Positions 39,519-50,581 are shown, numbered from the stretch's first letter. The stretch is 58,341 bases of DNA from an uncultured Bacilli bacterium (GCA_947629325.1 CANRDE010000004.1:1-58341), one strand, 5' to 3'. Numbers and translations: made by a program. The notes: a model not told the origin generated them from the sequence alone.

Positions 39519-39887
39519 CTACAATACCTCAGGAGCTAGGGAAACAATTTTCATATAATCTTTTTCTCTTAATTCTCTAGCAACAGGTCCTAATACTCTT
39601 GTACCAATTGGAGATTTATCATCTTTTATTAATACGCAAGCATTATCATCAAATTTAATATAAGAACCATCAGCACGACGAACACCTTCTACAGTTCTAA
39701 CTATTACTGCCTTTACTACTTTTCCTTTAGGCATATTACTATTTGGAATTGCCTTTTTAACTGTTCCAACTACTACGTCGCCAATATTTCCGCTTTTAAC
39801 TTTGCTTCCGCCCATAACTTTTATTACTAAAAGCTCACGGGCTCCGGTATTGTCAGCAACTTTTAATCTTGTTTCTTGCATTACCAT
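39519..39887 (-). CDS. rplN: 50S ribosomal protein L14
   Basis: VADNTGA, SLAPEVL. Confidence 0.98.
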   Translation of the reverse strand: MVMQETRLKVADNTGARELLVIKVMGGSKVKSGNIGDVVVGTVKKAIPNSNMPKGKVVKAVIVRTVEGVRRADGSYIKFDDNACVLIKDDKSPIGTRVLGPVARELREKDYMKIVSLAPEVL

Positions 39888-39899
39888 AAGTTATACCTC

Positions 39900-40157
39900 C
39901 TAAAGAATAACAGCTTTTTCTAAGATCTCCACTAACTCATATCTTTTTAATTTAGATATTGGTTTTGTTAATCTTATTTTAACTGTATCTCCTATTTTAG
40001 CTTCATTTTTTTCATCATGTGCATGATATTTCTTAGAATATTTAACACGTTTATTATAAAGAGGATGACGTTTGTAAGTCTCTACTAAAACAGTTATAGT
40101 TTTTTCGCTTTTATCACTTACTACTTTACCTACTAATTCTTGTACTCTTTTAGCCAT
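39900..40157 (-). CDS. rpsQ: 30S ribosomal protein S17
   Basis: G.VVSDK, HP.Y.K, AHDE. Confidence 0.97.
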   Translation of the reverse strand: MAKRVQELVGKVVSDKSEKTITVLVETYKRHPLYNKRVKYSKKYHAHDEKNEAKIGDTVKIRLTKPISKLKRYELVEILEKAVIL

Positions 40158-40360
40158 TATTTATTACCTCCGTCTAATTCTCTTTCTCTAAGAACAGTTT
40201 TCATTTTTGCAACAGTTTTTCTTAAAGCTCTTAACTCTGTTGGATGTTCTAATGTACCACTTGCTTGTTGCATTCTTTTAGTGAATAATTCTTCTTTAGT
40301 TTCTTTGATTTTATTTTTTAAATCGGCATCTGTTAATTTTCTAATTTCTTTAATATCCAC
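40157..40360 (-). CDS. rpmC: 50S ribosomal protein L29
   Basis: Operon position; ELF..R.Q..G.L..P..R..RK.VA. Confidence 0.95.
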   Translation of the reverse strand: MDIKEIRKLTDADLKNKIKETKEELFTKRMQQASGTLEHPTELRALRKTVAKMKTVLRERELDGGNK

Positions 40361-40362
40361 TT

Positions 40363-40776
40363 TTATTCACCGTCCCTTTTAACAAATTTACATTTGATTG
40401 GAAGTTTATGTGATGCAAGTCTTAATGCTTCTCTTGCTACAGCTTCATCAACTTCACTTATTTCAAACATAATTTTTCCTTCTTTAACTACTGCGACATA
40501 TTGTTCTACCGCACCTTTACCTTTTCCTTGACGTGTTTCTAAAGGTTTTTTAGTTAAAGGTAAATGTGGGAAAATATTAATAAATACTTTTCCACCACGT
40601 TTCATATAACGAGTCATTGCAATACGAGCGGCTTCAATTTGGCGCGCTGATATCCAAGCTCCTTCTAAAGCAACTAAACCAAAATCACCTTTAGTAAGAG
40701 TTGTATTTCCTTTTGCATGACCATCATATGTTAATCTATGCGACTTTCTATATTTAGTCCTTTTTGGCATCAACAT
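40363..40776 (-). CDS. rplP: 50S ribosomal protein L16
   Basis: [23 protein letters not shown]. Confidence 0.98.
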   Translation of the reverse strand: MLMPKRTKYRKSHRLTYDGHAKGNTTLTKGDFGLVALEGAWISARQIEAARIAMTRYMKRGGKVFINIFPHLPLTKKPLETRQGKGKGAVEQYVAVVKEGKIMFEISEVDEAVAREALRLASHKLPIKCKFVKRDGE

Positions 40777-41434
40777 TTGAAGTCGCCTCCTTTTTGTCTA
40801 TCTTTTTAGCAGGTAGAATTTCATCTTTATAAATCCATACCTTAACCCCAATTTTTCCATAAGTTGTATTAGCTTCGCTTTGAGCATAATCAATGTCTGC
40901 TCTTATTGTATGAAGAGGCACAGTTCCTTCGGTATATCCTTCACTACGTGCCATTTCAACACCATTTAATCTTCCTGATACTAAAGTTTTAATTCCTTTC
41001 GCACCAGCTTTCATTGTATCTCTAATAGCTCTTTTTTGAGCTGCTCTAAAAGGTGCTCTATTTTCTATTTGCATTGCAATATTATCTGCTACTAATTTAG
41101 CATTTAAATTTGGATTTTTTTCTTCAATAATGTTAATAAACACTTCTTCATTAACAAGCTTTGAAACTTTTTTACGTAATTTTTCAATGTCTTCTCCACC
41201 ACGGCCTATAATTACACCTGGTTTGGCTGTTCTAATAATTACGTCAACTCTATTTTTCTTTCTTTCAATAATTACAGATGAAATAGCTGCATCTTTAAGA
41301 CTACTTAAAATATAATCACGAATTTTTAAATCTTTATTTAAATTATCAGCATAATCTTTTTTAGCATACCAACGTGATTCCCAATCTTTATTAATACCTA
41401 AACGATATCCGACTGGATTAACCTTTTGTCCCAT
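40754..41434 (-). CDS. rpsC: 30S ribosomal protein S3
   Basis: MGQKVNP.G.RLG, VPLHT.RADIDY. Confidence 0.98.
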   Translation of the reverse strand: MGQKVNPVGYRLGINKDWESRWYAKKDYADNLNKDLKIRDYILSSLKDAAISSVIIERKKNRVDVIIRTAKPGVIIGRGGEDIEKLRKKVSKLVNEEVFINIIEEKNPNLNAKLVADNIAMQIENRAPFRAAQKRAIRDTMKAGAKGIKTLVSGRLNGVEMARSEGYTEGTVPLHTIRADIDYAQSEANTTYGKIGVKVWIYKDEILPAKKIDKKEATSNVDAKKD

Positions 41435-41790
41435 TATTCAGCACTTCCTTCCATAACTTTATTATCAGTTACTACTACTTTAATATGGCTTGTTCTCTTA
41501 TCATGTCTATCAACATTAGCACGACTTGCAAATTGAATTCTTTTAAGAACTCGGCCAGGATTTACAAAGCATTCCTTAATTACCAATTCATCTTCTTTTG
41601 CGCCATTATTATTAACAGCATTAGCTACTGCAGAATTTAAAACTTTAATAATTAATCTACTAGCTTTAGTATTAGTTGTTTCAAGAATGTTTCTTGCAGT
41701 TTTAACATCTTTTCCTCTTATTAAATCCATTGTCATACGAGCAAGACGAGGTTTAATTATTGCGCCTTTATGTATTGCATAAGCTTCCAT
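41434..41790 (-). CDS. rplV: 50S ribosomal protein L22
   Basis: DLIRGK, L.SAVANA.NN, KRTSHI.V. Confidence 0.95.
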   Translation of the reverse strand: MEAYAIHKGAIIKPRLARMTMDLIRGKDVKTARNILETTNTKASRLIIKVLNSAVANAVNNNGAKEDELVIKECFVNPGRVLKRIQFASRANVDRHDKRTSHIKVVVTDNKVMEGSAE

Positions 41791-42059
41791 TATTTATTTC
41801 CTCCTCCTGCATGACCAGTAAACTTACGAGTTTGAGAAAATTCGCCAAGCTTATGACCAACCATTTCTTCAGTTATATAAACAGGAATAAAATCTTTGCC
41901 ATTATGAACTGCAATTGTATGCCCTACAAAATCGGGATAAATTGTACTTCTTCTTGACCAAGTTTTAATAACTGTTTTTTTATTTTCTGAATTTAATTTT
42001 TGCACCTTATTTAATAAAGATTGTTCAATATAAGGTCCTTTTTTTAAACTTCTTGCCAT
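41790..42059 (-). CDS. rpsS: 30S ribosomal protein S19
   Basis: RSLKKGP, KTWSRRS, GHKLGEF. Confidence 0.98.
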   Translation of the reverse strand: MARSLKKGPYIEQSLLNKVQKLNSENKKTVIKTWSRRSTIYPDFVGHTIAVHNGKDFIPVYITEEMVGHKLGEFSQTRKFTGHAGGGNK

Positions 42060-42068
42060 ATTATCCTC

Positions 42069-42902
42069 CTATTTGTTCTTTCTACTGATAATTAATTTGT
42101 CAGAAGCTTTTTTAGTCTTACGAGTTTTATGACCAAGGGCTGGTTTACCCCAAGGAGTCATTGGACTCTTTCGACCAACTGGAGCACGTCCTTCTCCACC
42201 ACCATGAGGATGGTCATTTGGATTCATTACACTACCTCTATTAGTAGGTCTAATTCCCATATGTCTTTTGCGCCCAGCTTTTCCTAAATTAACCAAGTTT
42301 GCATCTTCATTACCAACTACACCAATAGTTGCTACACATGTTCCAAGTATCTTTCTTGTTTCGCCTGATTGTAAACGAACAATAACATATTTACCATCAC
42401 GGCCAAGAATTTGAGCGCTACTACCAGCAGCCCGACATAATTCTGCGCCTTTTCCTGGTTTTAATTCAATACAATGAACCATAGTTCCTACTGGAATATT
42501 TTGAAGTGGTAAAGAGTTACCCACTTTAATATCAGCATTTTCGCCATTTTCAATAATCATATTAACTTTTAATCCGTTTGGAGCTATTATGTAGCGCTTT
42601 TCTCCATCACGATAATTAATTAATGCAATATTAGCATTTCTGTTAGGATCGTATTCAATTGTTGCTACACGACCTGTAATACCAATTTTATTTCTCTTAT
42701 AATCAATAACACGATATTTTTTAGTTGCTCCTCCACCAATATGGCGAACGGTTAATTTACCTTGATTATTTCTTCCACCAGTTTTCTTTACTTTTCTAAC
42801 TAATGATTTAGTAGGATTATTCTTTATAGTAATTTCTTCATTTTGAAGAGTAGTCATTCCTCTGCGACCATTTGTTGTTGGTCTAAAATGTTTTATTGCC
42901 AT
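42069..42902 (-). CDS. rplB: 50S ribosomal protein L2
   Basis: [19 protein letters not shown]. Confidence 0.99.
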   Translation of the reverse strand: MAIKHFRPTTNGRRGMTTLQNEEITIKNNPTKSLVRKVKKTGGRNNQGKLTVRHIGGGATKKYRVIDYKRNKIGITGRVATIEYDPNRNANIALINYRDGEKRYIIAPNGLKVNMIIENGENADIKVGNSLPLQNIPVGTMVHCIELKPGKGAELCRAAGSSAQILGRDGKYVIVRLQSGETRKILGTCVATIGVVGNEDANLVNLGKAGRKRHMGIRPTNRGSVMNPNDHPHGGGEGRAPVGRKSPMTPWGKPALGHKTRKTKKASDKLIISRKNK

Positions 42903-42914
42903 TTATAATTCCTC

Positions 42915-43190
42915 CTATAAATCTATTTGAGAGCCTTCAGCAAGAGTTACAATGGCTTTTTTATAAGTCTTTGTTGTTCCTGCATATCTTCCCACTCTAC
43001 GTTTTTTTGATTTTGTATTTAATGTATTAACCTTTTTAACACTAACTTTAAAGGCTTCTTCTACAGCAAATTTAATTTCATCTTTGGTAGCAGTTTTGGC
43101 TACTTTAAATGTATAAACATTATTTTGTCTTTCTGCCATAGATTTTTCAGTAATAACTGGCGCTATAATAATATCACTATAATGTTTCAT
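42915..43190 (-). CDS. rplW: 50S ribosomal protein L23
   Basis: PVITEKS, YKKAIVTL. Confidence 0.97.
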   Translation of the reverse strand: MKHYSDIIIAPVITEKSMAERQNNVYTFKVAKTATKDEIKFAVEEAFKVSVKKVNTLNTKSKKRRVGRYAGTTKTYKKAIVTLAEGSQIDL

Positions 43191-43813
43191 TATTTAAGCA
43201 CCTCCTCTATTGTCTTAACTGCTTCTTCTTCCACTACTAATACGTCGGCATTAACAATATCATAACAGTTAATTTCTTCCGCCATAAGAACTAGAACATT
43301 GCCTAAATTTCTTGTAGCCATATATAAATTTTCATTTTCTTCTTTAGTTACAAATAATATTTTGCCTTCTAATTTTAAAGTCTCTAATATCTTTGTAATT
43401 TCTTTTGTCTTTAATGTATCTAATTTTATATTATCAATAACAACTAAAGCTTTTTCTTTAGCTTTATATGTTAAAGCTGTTTTAAGAGCCAGAACTCTTT
43501 CTTTTCTATTAATTTTAAAAGCATAATTACGAGGATTAACACCAAAGGCTATTCCGCCCCCACGCCATTGTGTAGCGCGAATGCTTCCTTGACGAGCTCT
43601 ACCAGTATCTTTTTGCTTCCATGGCTTTCTACCACCACCAGATACTTCTGCTCTAGATTTTGTTTTTCTTGTACCTTGACGCATGCTATCTAATTGTAAA
43701 CGAATCATTTTCTTCAAAGCATCGTCATTAACTTCAATATTCCAAACTTTTGCTTCAAGGGTAATATCTTTAATAGACTCACCTTTTATATTTTTAACAC
43801 TTATCTTTGTCAT
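43190..43813 (-). CDS. rplD: 50S ribosomal protein L4
   Basis: EVSGGGRKPWKQK.TGRARQGS. Confidence 0.98.
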   Translation of the reverse strand: MTKISVKNIKGESIKDITLEAKVWNIEVNDDALKKMIRLQLDSMRQGTRKTKSRAEVSGGGRKPWKQKDTGRARQGSIRATQWRGGGIAFGVNPRNYAFKINRKERVLALKTALTYKAKEKALVVIDNIKLDTLKTKEITKILETLKLEGKILFVTKEENENLYMATRNLGNVLVLMAEEINCYDIVNADVLVVEEEAVKTIEEVLK

Positions 43814-43832
43814 AAAATTTCCTTTCTAAAGC

Positions 43833-44630
43833 CTATTTGCTTTCTTCCGGAGTTTCTACTTTAGTTTCTTCTGCAGAAGTTTCCTCTTCGTTTATTGCTT
43901 CATCTATTTTTTCAGTTTCAACTTTTTCTTCACTTTCTTCTACAGATTCTACAACTTCATCAACAACTGTTTCTTCATAAGTTAAAATCTCTTTTGGCAA
44001 TGCTTTACGAGAATTTTTAACCGCCGTTTTAATATAAACTAAAGAATTTTTAGCACCTGGAATATTGCCACTTATCAATATATAATTATCCGCAGTATTA
44101 ACTTCAATAATCTCTAAATTTTGAATAGTTACTGTTTCCACTCCCATATGTCCTGGAAGATTTTTACCTTTCAACACCCTTTTTGGTAACATTGTACCCA
44201 AAGAACCAGGGCCTCTATGATAATGAGAACCATGTCCCATTGGCCCACGAGATTGATTATGTCTTTTGATTACTCCTTGAGTTCCTTTACCTTTTGAAGT
44301 ACCGGTTACGTCAACAACTTCTCCTACTTCAAAAATATCTACTCCTATTTTATCGCCAACATTATATGCTGCTTCAACTCCCTTAATTTCTTTTAAGAAG
44401 CGCTTAGGAGTAGTATTCGCTTTTTGTGCACGGCCAACTTCTGCTTTGTTAGCCTTATTTTGTTTTTTTTCAAATACGCCTAATTGAATTGCATTATAAC
44501 CATCTGTATCAACAGTTTTAACTTGCATTACAACATTTGGTTCACAAGATACTACAGTAACAGGAATTAATTTACCATCTTTAGTAAATACTTGTGTCAT
44601 TCCAATTTTGCGTCCTAAGATTCCTTTCAT
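43833..44630 (-). CDS. rplC: 50S ribosomal protein L3 with acidic C-terminal extension
   Basis: [23 protein letters not shown]. Confidence 0.98.
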   Translation of the reverse strand: MKGILGRKIGMTQVFTKDGKLIPVTVVSCEPNVVMQVKTVDTDGYNAIQLGVFEKKQNKANKAEVGRAQKANTTPKRFLKEIKGVEAAYNVGDKIGVDIFEVGEVVDVTGTSKGKGTQGVIKRHNQSRGPMGHGSHYHRGPGSLGTMLPKRVLKGKNLPGHMGVETVTIQNLEIIEVNTADNYILISGNIPGAKNSLVYIKTAVKNSRKALPKEILTYEETVVDEVVESVEESEEKVETEKIDEAINEEETSAEETKVETPEESK

Positions 44631-44648
44631 TTTTATTTCCTTCCTTTA

Positions 44649-44957
44649 TTATAATTTTATTTCGATGTCAACGCCATTCGGTAAATCTAAATGAGTCAAA
44701 GCATCTATTGTTTCCTTACTAGGATTTTTAATATCAACAAGTCTCTTATGAGTTCTTCTTTCAAATTGTTCACGAGAATCTTTATATTTGTGAACAGATC
44801 TTAATACTGTAAATTTTTCAATTTCAGTAGGAAGAGGTACTGGGCCAGAAACTTCGCCACCCGTTCTTTTTACAGTTTCCACAATTTTTGCAGCAGCTAC
44901 ATCAAGTAAACGATGATCGTATGCTCTTAAATTGATTCTTACTTTACTATTTGACAT
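44649..44957 (-). CDS. rpsJ: 30S ribosomal protein S10
   Basis: RI.L.AYDHR, GPVPLPT, SREQFE.RTHKR; start moved to 44957 after GGAGG. Confidence 0.98.
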   Translation of the reverse strand: MSNSKVRINLRAYDHRLLDVAAAKIVETVKRTGGEVSGPVPLPTEIEKFTVLRSVHKYKDSREQFERRTHKRLVDIKNPSKETIDALTHLDLPNGVDIEIKL

Positions 44958-44986
44958 TTTCCATGTCCTCCTTTCGTCTATATCTA

Positions 44987-45080
44987 GTATAGACTTGCTC
45001 CATCCGAATTCCCCAATATTTGGAAAAATATTTACCAACTTTTCCTAGCGTATCAGCAACCTCGCATATCATCGCAGTCA
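44987..45080 (-). promoter_or_regulatory. S10 operon leader RNA (Bacillota type)
   Basis: UGCGAUGAUAUGCGAGGUUGCUGAUAC...GGAGCAAGUCUAU resembles the conserved rpsJ leader. Confidence 0.75.
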
Positions 45081-45090
45081 TACGAATATG

Positions 45091-45120
45091 ATTATAGCAC
45101 ATTAATTATATGAATTGCAA
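45091..45120 (-). promoter_or_regulatory. S10 operon promoter
   Basis: TTGCAA-18-TATAAT with extended TG. Confidence 0.7.
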
Positions 45121-45180
45121 CTAAAAATTTGACAAAATTTTATAAAATTTATTGACATTTAATTTAAAAGCCCATTTATA

Positions 45181-45220
45181 TAAAAGCCTTGATTCAAATT
45201 AAGTTGAATCAAGGCTTTTA
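45181..45220. terminator. strong bidirectional-type hairpin terminator
   Basis: Perfect 17-bp inverted repeat TAAAAGCCTTGATTCAA/TTGAATCAAGGCTTTTA with 6-nt loop. Confidence 0.85.
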
Positions 45221-45224
45221 ATTT

Positions 45225-45440
45225 TTATTTTTTGGTTTTTTTAGCATTCATATATTCATTGTATTTACTAACTGCAACATCTTGGTCTTCATAGGCCGCC
45301 AAAAATTGCATTAATATTATAGTATCTTCTGATGCTTTATTATATGCATTTAATATTTCTTCACCCGTCGCGCCTTTTAAATTGATAGTTTTCTGAAAGC
45401 TCTCTTTATTTAAATCTTTGTTATTGTCAATTTGTTCCAT
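45225..45440 (-). CDS. small hypothetical protein following the 1183-aa gene
   Basis: ATG at 45440 after GAGGAAG, 10 bp past the upstream stop (ORF track gives GTG 45467). Confidence 0.65.
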   Translation of the reverse strand: MEQIDNNKDLNKESFQKTINLKGATGEEILNAYNKASEDTIILMQFLAAYEDQDVAVSKYNEYMNAKKTKK

Positions 45441-45450
45441 TATTTCTTCC

Positions 45451-48400
45451 TCACCTAGTTCTTCCACTTGATACTTGTTCTGCTTCTGGGTTTATTGCCA
45501 ATCCATTTTGTTCCATTTCATTAAGTTGTGCAATAATATTACTTAAAACTACATTATTGTTGTTGGATTTCAATATTTCTAATTGTTGACGATATTGGCT
45601 ATATAATTCAAATGTATCTTTTATTGCATCATCTAATGGAATAGGGCAATCTAACTTTTCGGGTTGGCGTGAAACTTCATAACTTGCTTTTTCGTGTTTT
45701 AAAAATTTTAGTAGCGTATAAATATTCTCTCCTAGCGACATAGTTTCTTTTTCATCTATCGTCCCATTTATTAAATTATCGCATTTCTTTTTAAGCTGCG
45801 AATATATTTTGGTATAGAAATTTAAAACTGTCTCAGAGCTAAATATTTTATGGTATTCTTTTTCTTCTTGACCTTCAAATTTTCTACATCCTACAGCATT
45901 ATTAGCATATGTTAATAATAATTCTTCTAAGGCTAGACTACTTTTGGTTTCCATAAATTTTTCTTCCAATTTATCACATTTTTCTTTTTCGCTTTTGGCA
46001 TATTTTAATCTATCTACGATAACAATCGGAACCCCAAAATCTGCAGCAGCCTGCAAAGTCATTTCATAATATTTATTATTCTTATCAAAATTATTATCAT
46101 CATTTATATCATCTACTATATACACAACATAGTCTGGCTTCCTTTTTACCAACGTGCTTTGATTTTGTATCAATCGATCAATTACCATTTCATCATGATT
46201 ATGTCTAGTAGAATCAATCATTGGCTTAGGCGGTAGTGTTTTACCTGGTATTTGGGTTGATGTTGAAAATTTTTGATTTGCAGATCTCGAAACTAAGTCG
46301 GCATTATAAGATAATAATAAAGAATTTTCTTCATAATGATCAAAGCCTAAAATTGGGCCTTTAGGTCTTGCAATAGCTATTTGATTATTGCCAATATAGC
46401 TAGTGCAAATTCCATGGGAGGCTATTTTAGGTTGATTCCAATCTTCTAGGAAATTTTTAGGGCGAGACCAACCACTATATGCTCCTAAAGTGTGAACTTG
46501 CATATTGAAATCGCCATCTACTTCATAGATTTGGATTTTTTTACCCTTATATGTTACATTTTGTAATCTTTTATCTTTTGTAATATCTTTAGAGTTAACA
46601 TGATATAATGTCTTATTATACATTTGGGCATATTCATTTCTTATTGTTGATTCCAATAAAGACATTGCATTATAATCTGTTATAACTTTGCCTGACTCTT
46701 TATATATTATTTTTAATTCGTTAAGTGATTGTTCATTAATTATAATATCGAGTGCTTTTAAAATATTAATAATCTTTTCACATACTCCAGCCTTTTCCAA
46801 TTCTTTAATATTATAATAATAACGTTCCCAAATAAATTGAGCCTTTTGTAAATCTATCCCATACTTTTTTTCAAAAATGGCTTCCTTTATTGTATCCAAA
46901 CTCATTAAATCAATATTAGTTTCAACTTTTGTAAAGTATTCGTCTCTTTTTTTCTCTAATCCTTCTTTACTTAGATCATTTATGTCCGTTATATTAAAAG
47001 TATTATTGGGCCTTTGCATGATATATATTAAATTATCAAGAGTTTCTACATTTAGTTGATCGAGTGGTAGATTTGTTAATAGCTCTTTATATTTACCCAT
47101 ATTATTAAGAATATTTTCAACAATACCGGTTATATCACATTTTTTCGAATTTAGTACACTTACCATTTTATCAAAATAATCTAACATTTTATTATCTAAA
47201 TTAATTATTTTTTCTTGTATATCAGGATATAAAGTAAATATTAGCAAATTCTCCATACTTATAACATTGTTTTTTAAAATCTTAAAATTTAGAGTTTTAA
47301 AAATGTCCACGTTCTTAGAAAATAAATACTCCAATTTGGATTTTAAATTTTCTTTATTAATATTTAAATGGTCTGCAAGAACTTGTAAATTCTCTTCATC
47401 AAAAATATTGGAACCAAATACGCCTAAAACTTGCCAGTTATCATGTTCGATAAAGCGCTTAAATAAAAATTTGTTTTTTCTTAAATTTTGGGGTATACTT
47501 TTAGATGAAATTGCACAATTTAAAATCGTTTCGTAAAATATATCAACTATTTCTGGTGTATAAAATAAATCTGAAATATCATGATCAAAACCAAACAAAA
47601 ATTCACTAGCTATTGTTGGATGAGTCCTAGCTATTCGTTTTAAAAAAGCTTGTTTTAATTTTTGGGGAAAAATAAATGGAAAAGTATCCATAAATAAATA
47701 AGTGCCCAAAAAATAAACGCTAAAATTGGAAATTTTTTCTTTGAGTTTAAAATTTCTCTTAGATAGCGGTTTTCCAAATTTTTTTAATGCTTCTACCATA
47801 AGATCATATCCATGGCCTCTCATATTCTTCATTACGAAGTTATCATATGGGAAATTACCTTTAGTTACTTGGACATGATTTTTTCCAAAATCCATAATTG
47901 CATAGTCTTTTTGAAATTCAATAAAGTTTTTACCTTTGGCATGTTCTAAAAATGATGCGGCTGCATCAGTAAAACTTCCGCCATTTTGCAAAATCCAATT
48001 TTCAATTCCTACTCCACCCAATCCTCCAAAGTTTTGGCTTCTTTCAGCCGCAGATAATCCTCTAGATGGCTTATATGCTTTTTGTTGTTTTAAATAATAT
48101 TTAGCAAACATTATGTTAGCTACTACTTTATAATATTTAGCTGGGTCTTGACTTTTAATATTATCTAATTTCTCGGTAACTGCTTCTTCCGTTGCTAGAT
48201 AACGTTCTTTTTGCGGGGTCAAAGAAAAATCTAAATCTATTACTTCCTCCATACCAGGAATTCTTACACCCTTTAACCTTACTTTGTTGTACGCCGTCTC
48301 CGTAATATGCTCTTGGGCATTTAATTTTTCTAACGCTGATTTCACTCTTTCAAGGTTGGCTTTATCAATTCTTACAGTATAATCGAAGTCATAATCTCCT

Positions 48401-49002
48401 GGCAAATTTGTTCCTCTAGCAGATGATCCCGCTTCAACAAGTTCAACATCTCCGCCTGAATTGTTGCCTAAAGTAACACTTAAGCCAATGCTATGCATTA
48501 CTTTAATAATTTCAGATTCAATTAATTTTCTTTTTTCTTGGACTTTAGCTCGGTTATCTTCTACTAATTTTTCTATGGCTTTATCAATATTTTCATCTGT
48601 AATTTTCGGGGCATTTGGTGATAAGGATTGAATAAATTCTTTTAAACCATCGAAATCTAAATTGGCGGATACCTCCATATTTTCTGTAGTATATTCTTTT
48701 AAACCTGCTAATTTGTGACGGAATTCAGCGAATTCCGCCTCAGTGTATAATAATTTATTATCTTTATTACTATAGATTGGTATATATTTATTTGTTATTG
48801 CCTCTAATAGTTTTACAGCCCATAAAAATCGAGATGCTTTTAAAGCTTCAATTTTAAATTGGGGTGAATTTTCTTCTATAAATATTAAATATTTTTCGTT
48901 ACTTAAATATTGTAATGGGGCAGAATTTGGACTAGCTGTTCCCATAACATTACTTGTTCCTCGTAAAAAATTTTCAAATTCTGTTAAGCCGTCAATATAC
49001 AT
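45451..49002 (-). CDS. large multidomain protein: Pol-beta-superfamily nucleotidyltransferase plus putative ADP-ribosyltransferase-like domain
   Basis: GSSARGTNLPGDYDFD (aa ~192-207), IDLD (~255-258), K..LK...Y...GGLGG..IE.WI...GSF; C-terminal VH..., ICTS, HDEMVI. The NTase call is strong, the ART call is inference. Confidence 0.75.
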   Translation of the reverse strand: MYIDGLTEFENFLRGTSNVMGTASPNSAPLQYLSNEKYLIFIEENSPQFKIEALKASRFLWAVKLLEAITNKYIPIYSNKDNKLLYTEAEFAEFRHKLAGLKEYTTENMEVSANLDFDGLKEFIQSLSPNAPKITDENIDKAIEKLVEDNRAKVQEKRKLIESEIIKVMHSIGLSVTLGNNSGGDVELVEAGSSARGTNLPGDYDFDYTVRIDKANLERVKSALEKLNAQEHITETAYNKVRLKGVRIPGMEEVIDLDFSLTPQKERYLATEEAVTEKLDNIKSQDPAKYYKVVANIMFAKYYLKQQKAYKPSRGLSAAERSQNFGGLGGVGIENWILQNGGSFTDAAASFLEHAKGKNFIEFQKDYAIMDFGKNHVQVTKGNFPYDNFVMKNMRGHGYDLMVEALKKFGKPLSKRNFKLKEKISNFSVYFLGTYLFMDTFPFIFPQKLKQAFLKRIARTHPTIASEFLFGFDHDISDLFYTPEIVDIFYETILNCAISSKSIPQNLRKNKFLFKRFIEHDNWQVLGVFGSNIFDEENLQVLADHLNINKENLKSKLEYLFSKNVDIFKTLNFKILKNNVISMENLLIFTLYPDIQEKIINLDNKMLDYFDKMVSVLNSKKCDITGIVENILNNMGKYKELLTNLPLDQLNVETLDNLIYIMQRPNNTFNITDINDLSKEGLEKKRDEYFTKVETNIDLMSLDTIKEAIFEKKYGIDLQKAQFIWERYYYNIKELEKAGVCEKIINILKALDIIINEQSLNELKIIYKESGKVITDYNAMSLLESTIRNEYAQMYNKTLYHVNSKDITKDKRLQNVTYKGKKIQIYEVDGDFNMQVHTLGAYSGWSRPKNFLEDWNQPKIASHGICTSYIGNNQIAIARPKGPILGFDHYEENSLLLSYNADLVSRSANQKFSTSTQIPGKTLPPKPMIDSTRHNHDEMVIDRLIQNQSTLVKRKPDYVVYIVDDINDDNNFDKNNKYYEMTLQAAADFGVPIVIVDRLKYAKSEKEKCDKLEEKFMETKSSLALEELLLTYANNAVGCRKFEGQEEKEYHKIFSSETVLNFYTKIYSQLKKKCDNLINGTIDEKETMSLGENIYTLLKFLKHEKASYEVSRQPEKLDCPIPLDDAIKDTFELYSQYRQQLEILKSNNNNVVLSNIIAQLNEMEQNGLAINPEAEQVSSGRTR

Positions 49003-49094
49003 TCCATATCCACCCTATATTATCGATTTAAGTATAACATTTCTTAAAATTTGTGTAAACGTTTCGGATTGTTTTTGACGTAAAATTAACCATC

Positions 49095-49125
49095 AAAAAA
49101 GTAAACATTGAGTACTGTTTACTTT
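49095..49125 (-). terminator. terminator after the 457-aa gene
   Basis: AAAGTAAACA/TGTTTACTTT stem with T tract. Confidence 0.7.
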
Positions 49126-49149
49126 CATTTTTATTATTTCATGAAATAT

Positions 49150-50523
49150 TTAATAGTCTGTTTCAGCAAATTCCCCTATAATTGATACTATTAAAGGATT
49201 TTGCATCGCATTAGTTAATATTTCGTTATAATCGGTATCATCCAATTCCTCTATATTCTTTGCTTTAGAAGTATCTCTTTCTGTTACATTATTTATCGTT
49301 TTTTCTTTAAAATTAATATCTAATTTTAAATTTAAATAATCACTATCTGTCTGACTGCCATTTATTAAAGCGGCACTTAAACTTCCTTCTTTTTCTTTAG
49401 TAACTAATGTTAAACTTCCTTTTTCTTCCCCTATAGATGCTGTAATTGTTAAATTATTTTCATTATTATTATCTTTGTAGTTTACTGCAATTTCATCACC
49501 ATCAAGGTCAAATCTTAAATTAAATTCATTGTCATTAAATAATATTTCTCCAATTTTTTGAGAACTACCATTTTCAGTTATATTAATCTCGTACTTATCT
49601 TCTTGAGTTTTAATAAATTCTATAATACCATTGTCAGAATTTTCTTTATAAATTATTTCGATTTTTTCAACATTATCATCTTTGGCATTTAAATAAACAT
49701 TAATTTCTAAATTTAAAGAGCCTTTTTCAATGTTATCTTTAGCATCTTCAATTAAAGTAGCTCCATCTTCACTAGATAAAGTTGATAATATACTTATTAA
49801 TGTAGTATTATTTCCTATATTATCCAGTAAGTCTTTTTGAAATTGGTATAAATTATCACTATTTAAATTTAAAGTATGCTTAATTACTTTAACATTACTA
49901 TTATTTATAGATATTGATTCTTTAGTAGTTTTAAAATATTCTTGTTTCAAACTATTTTTTAATTCCTTTGAAAGCTCTTCCACTAAGCCTTTTAAATCAG
50001 TGGTGTCACTCTCTTCCCATAGCGAGTCAAAACTTTCATCTTTTAATAATAATAATGGGGTATTATATAAATCTTTCAAGTCCGCATATATTTCATTATT
50101 TTTAAGCCAAAAATCTCCATTTATACTATTATTATTATATAAAAGGCCTAAATTTAAATTAACAACTTTTTTATTAATGTCTCTTTCCAAATCAAAACTT
50201 AAGGTTGAATTATTTAATATTTTATAAAATTCGGCGTTATCACTATCATTAATATTTATATTAGTTTTTATTGTTCCTTCATAACCAATAGGGTTAACTA
50301 AATTATTTTCTTCTAAGGCGTTTGTTAAGAATTCGCTCATATTATCGATTACCGTATAATAAATATTAGCAGTATCATGCTTTTTAATATTAAAGAATAT
50401 AAATACCCCTATTAATACAATTATTAAAAGTCCTATTACGATTAAAGGAATTTTATAATTTTTCCCTCTTTGAATCTGATTTTCACTTTGATTAAAATTA
50501 CTATTCATTTGTTCATTTTCCAT
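49150..50523 (-). CDS. hypothetical membrane-anchored acidic protein
   Basis: Single N-terminal TM, beta-rich extracellular region. Confidence 0.7.
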   Translation of the reverse strand: MENEQMNSNFNQSENQIQRGKNYKIPLIVIGLLIIVLIGVFIFFNIKKHDTANIYYTVIDNMSEFLTNALEENNLVNPIGYEGTIKTNININDSDNAEFYKILNNSTLSFDLERDINKKVVNLNLGLLYNNNSINGDFWLKNNEIYADLKDLYNTPLLLLKDESFDSLWEESDTTDLKGLVEELSKELKNSLKQEYFKTTKESISINNSNVKVIKHTLNLNSDNLYQFQKDLLDNIGNNTTLISILSTLSSEDGATLIEDAKDNIEKGSLNLEINVYLNAKDDNVEKIEIIYKENSDNGIIEFIKTQEDKYEINITENGSSQKIGEILFNDNEFNLRFDLDGDEIAVNYKDNNNENNLTITASIGEEKGSLTLVTKEKEGSLSAALINGSQTDSDYLNLKLDINFKEKTINNVTERDTSKAKNIEELDDTDYNEILTNAMQNPLIVSIIGEFAETDY

Positions 50524-50581
50524 AACTCACACTACCTACCTTAATATAAAAATATATTATTTTTAAACAAAATTCAAGATT

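Noticed and set aside
45451-49002. Canonical CBASS operon
   Set aside because: No Cap2/Cap3, patatin, SAVED, TIR-STING or TM effector genes adjacent; kept only as an NTase-fusion candidate
49054-49067. cre-like site TGTAAACGTTTCGG upstream of the 1183-aa gene
   Set aside because: Lacks the terminal CA of the consensus; no evidence for CcpA in the window
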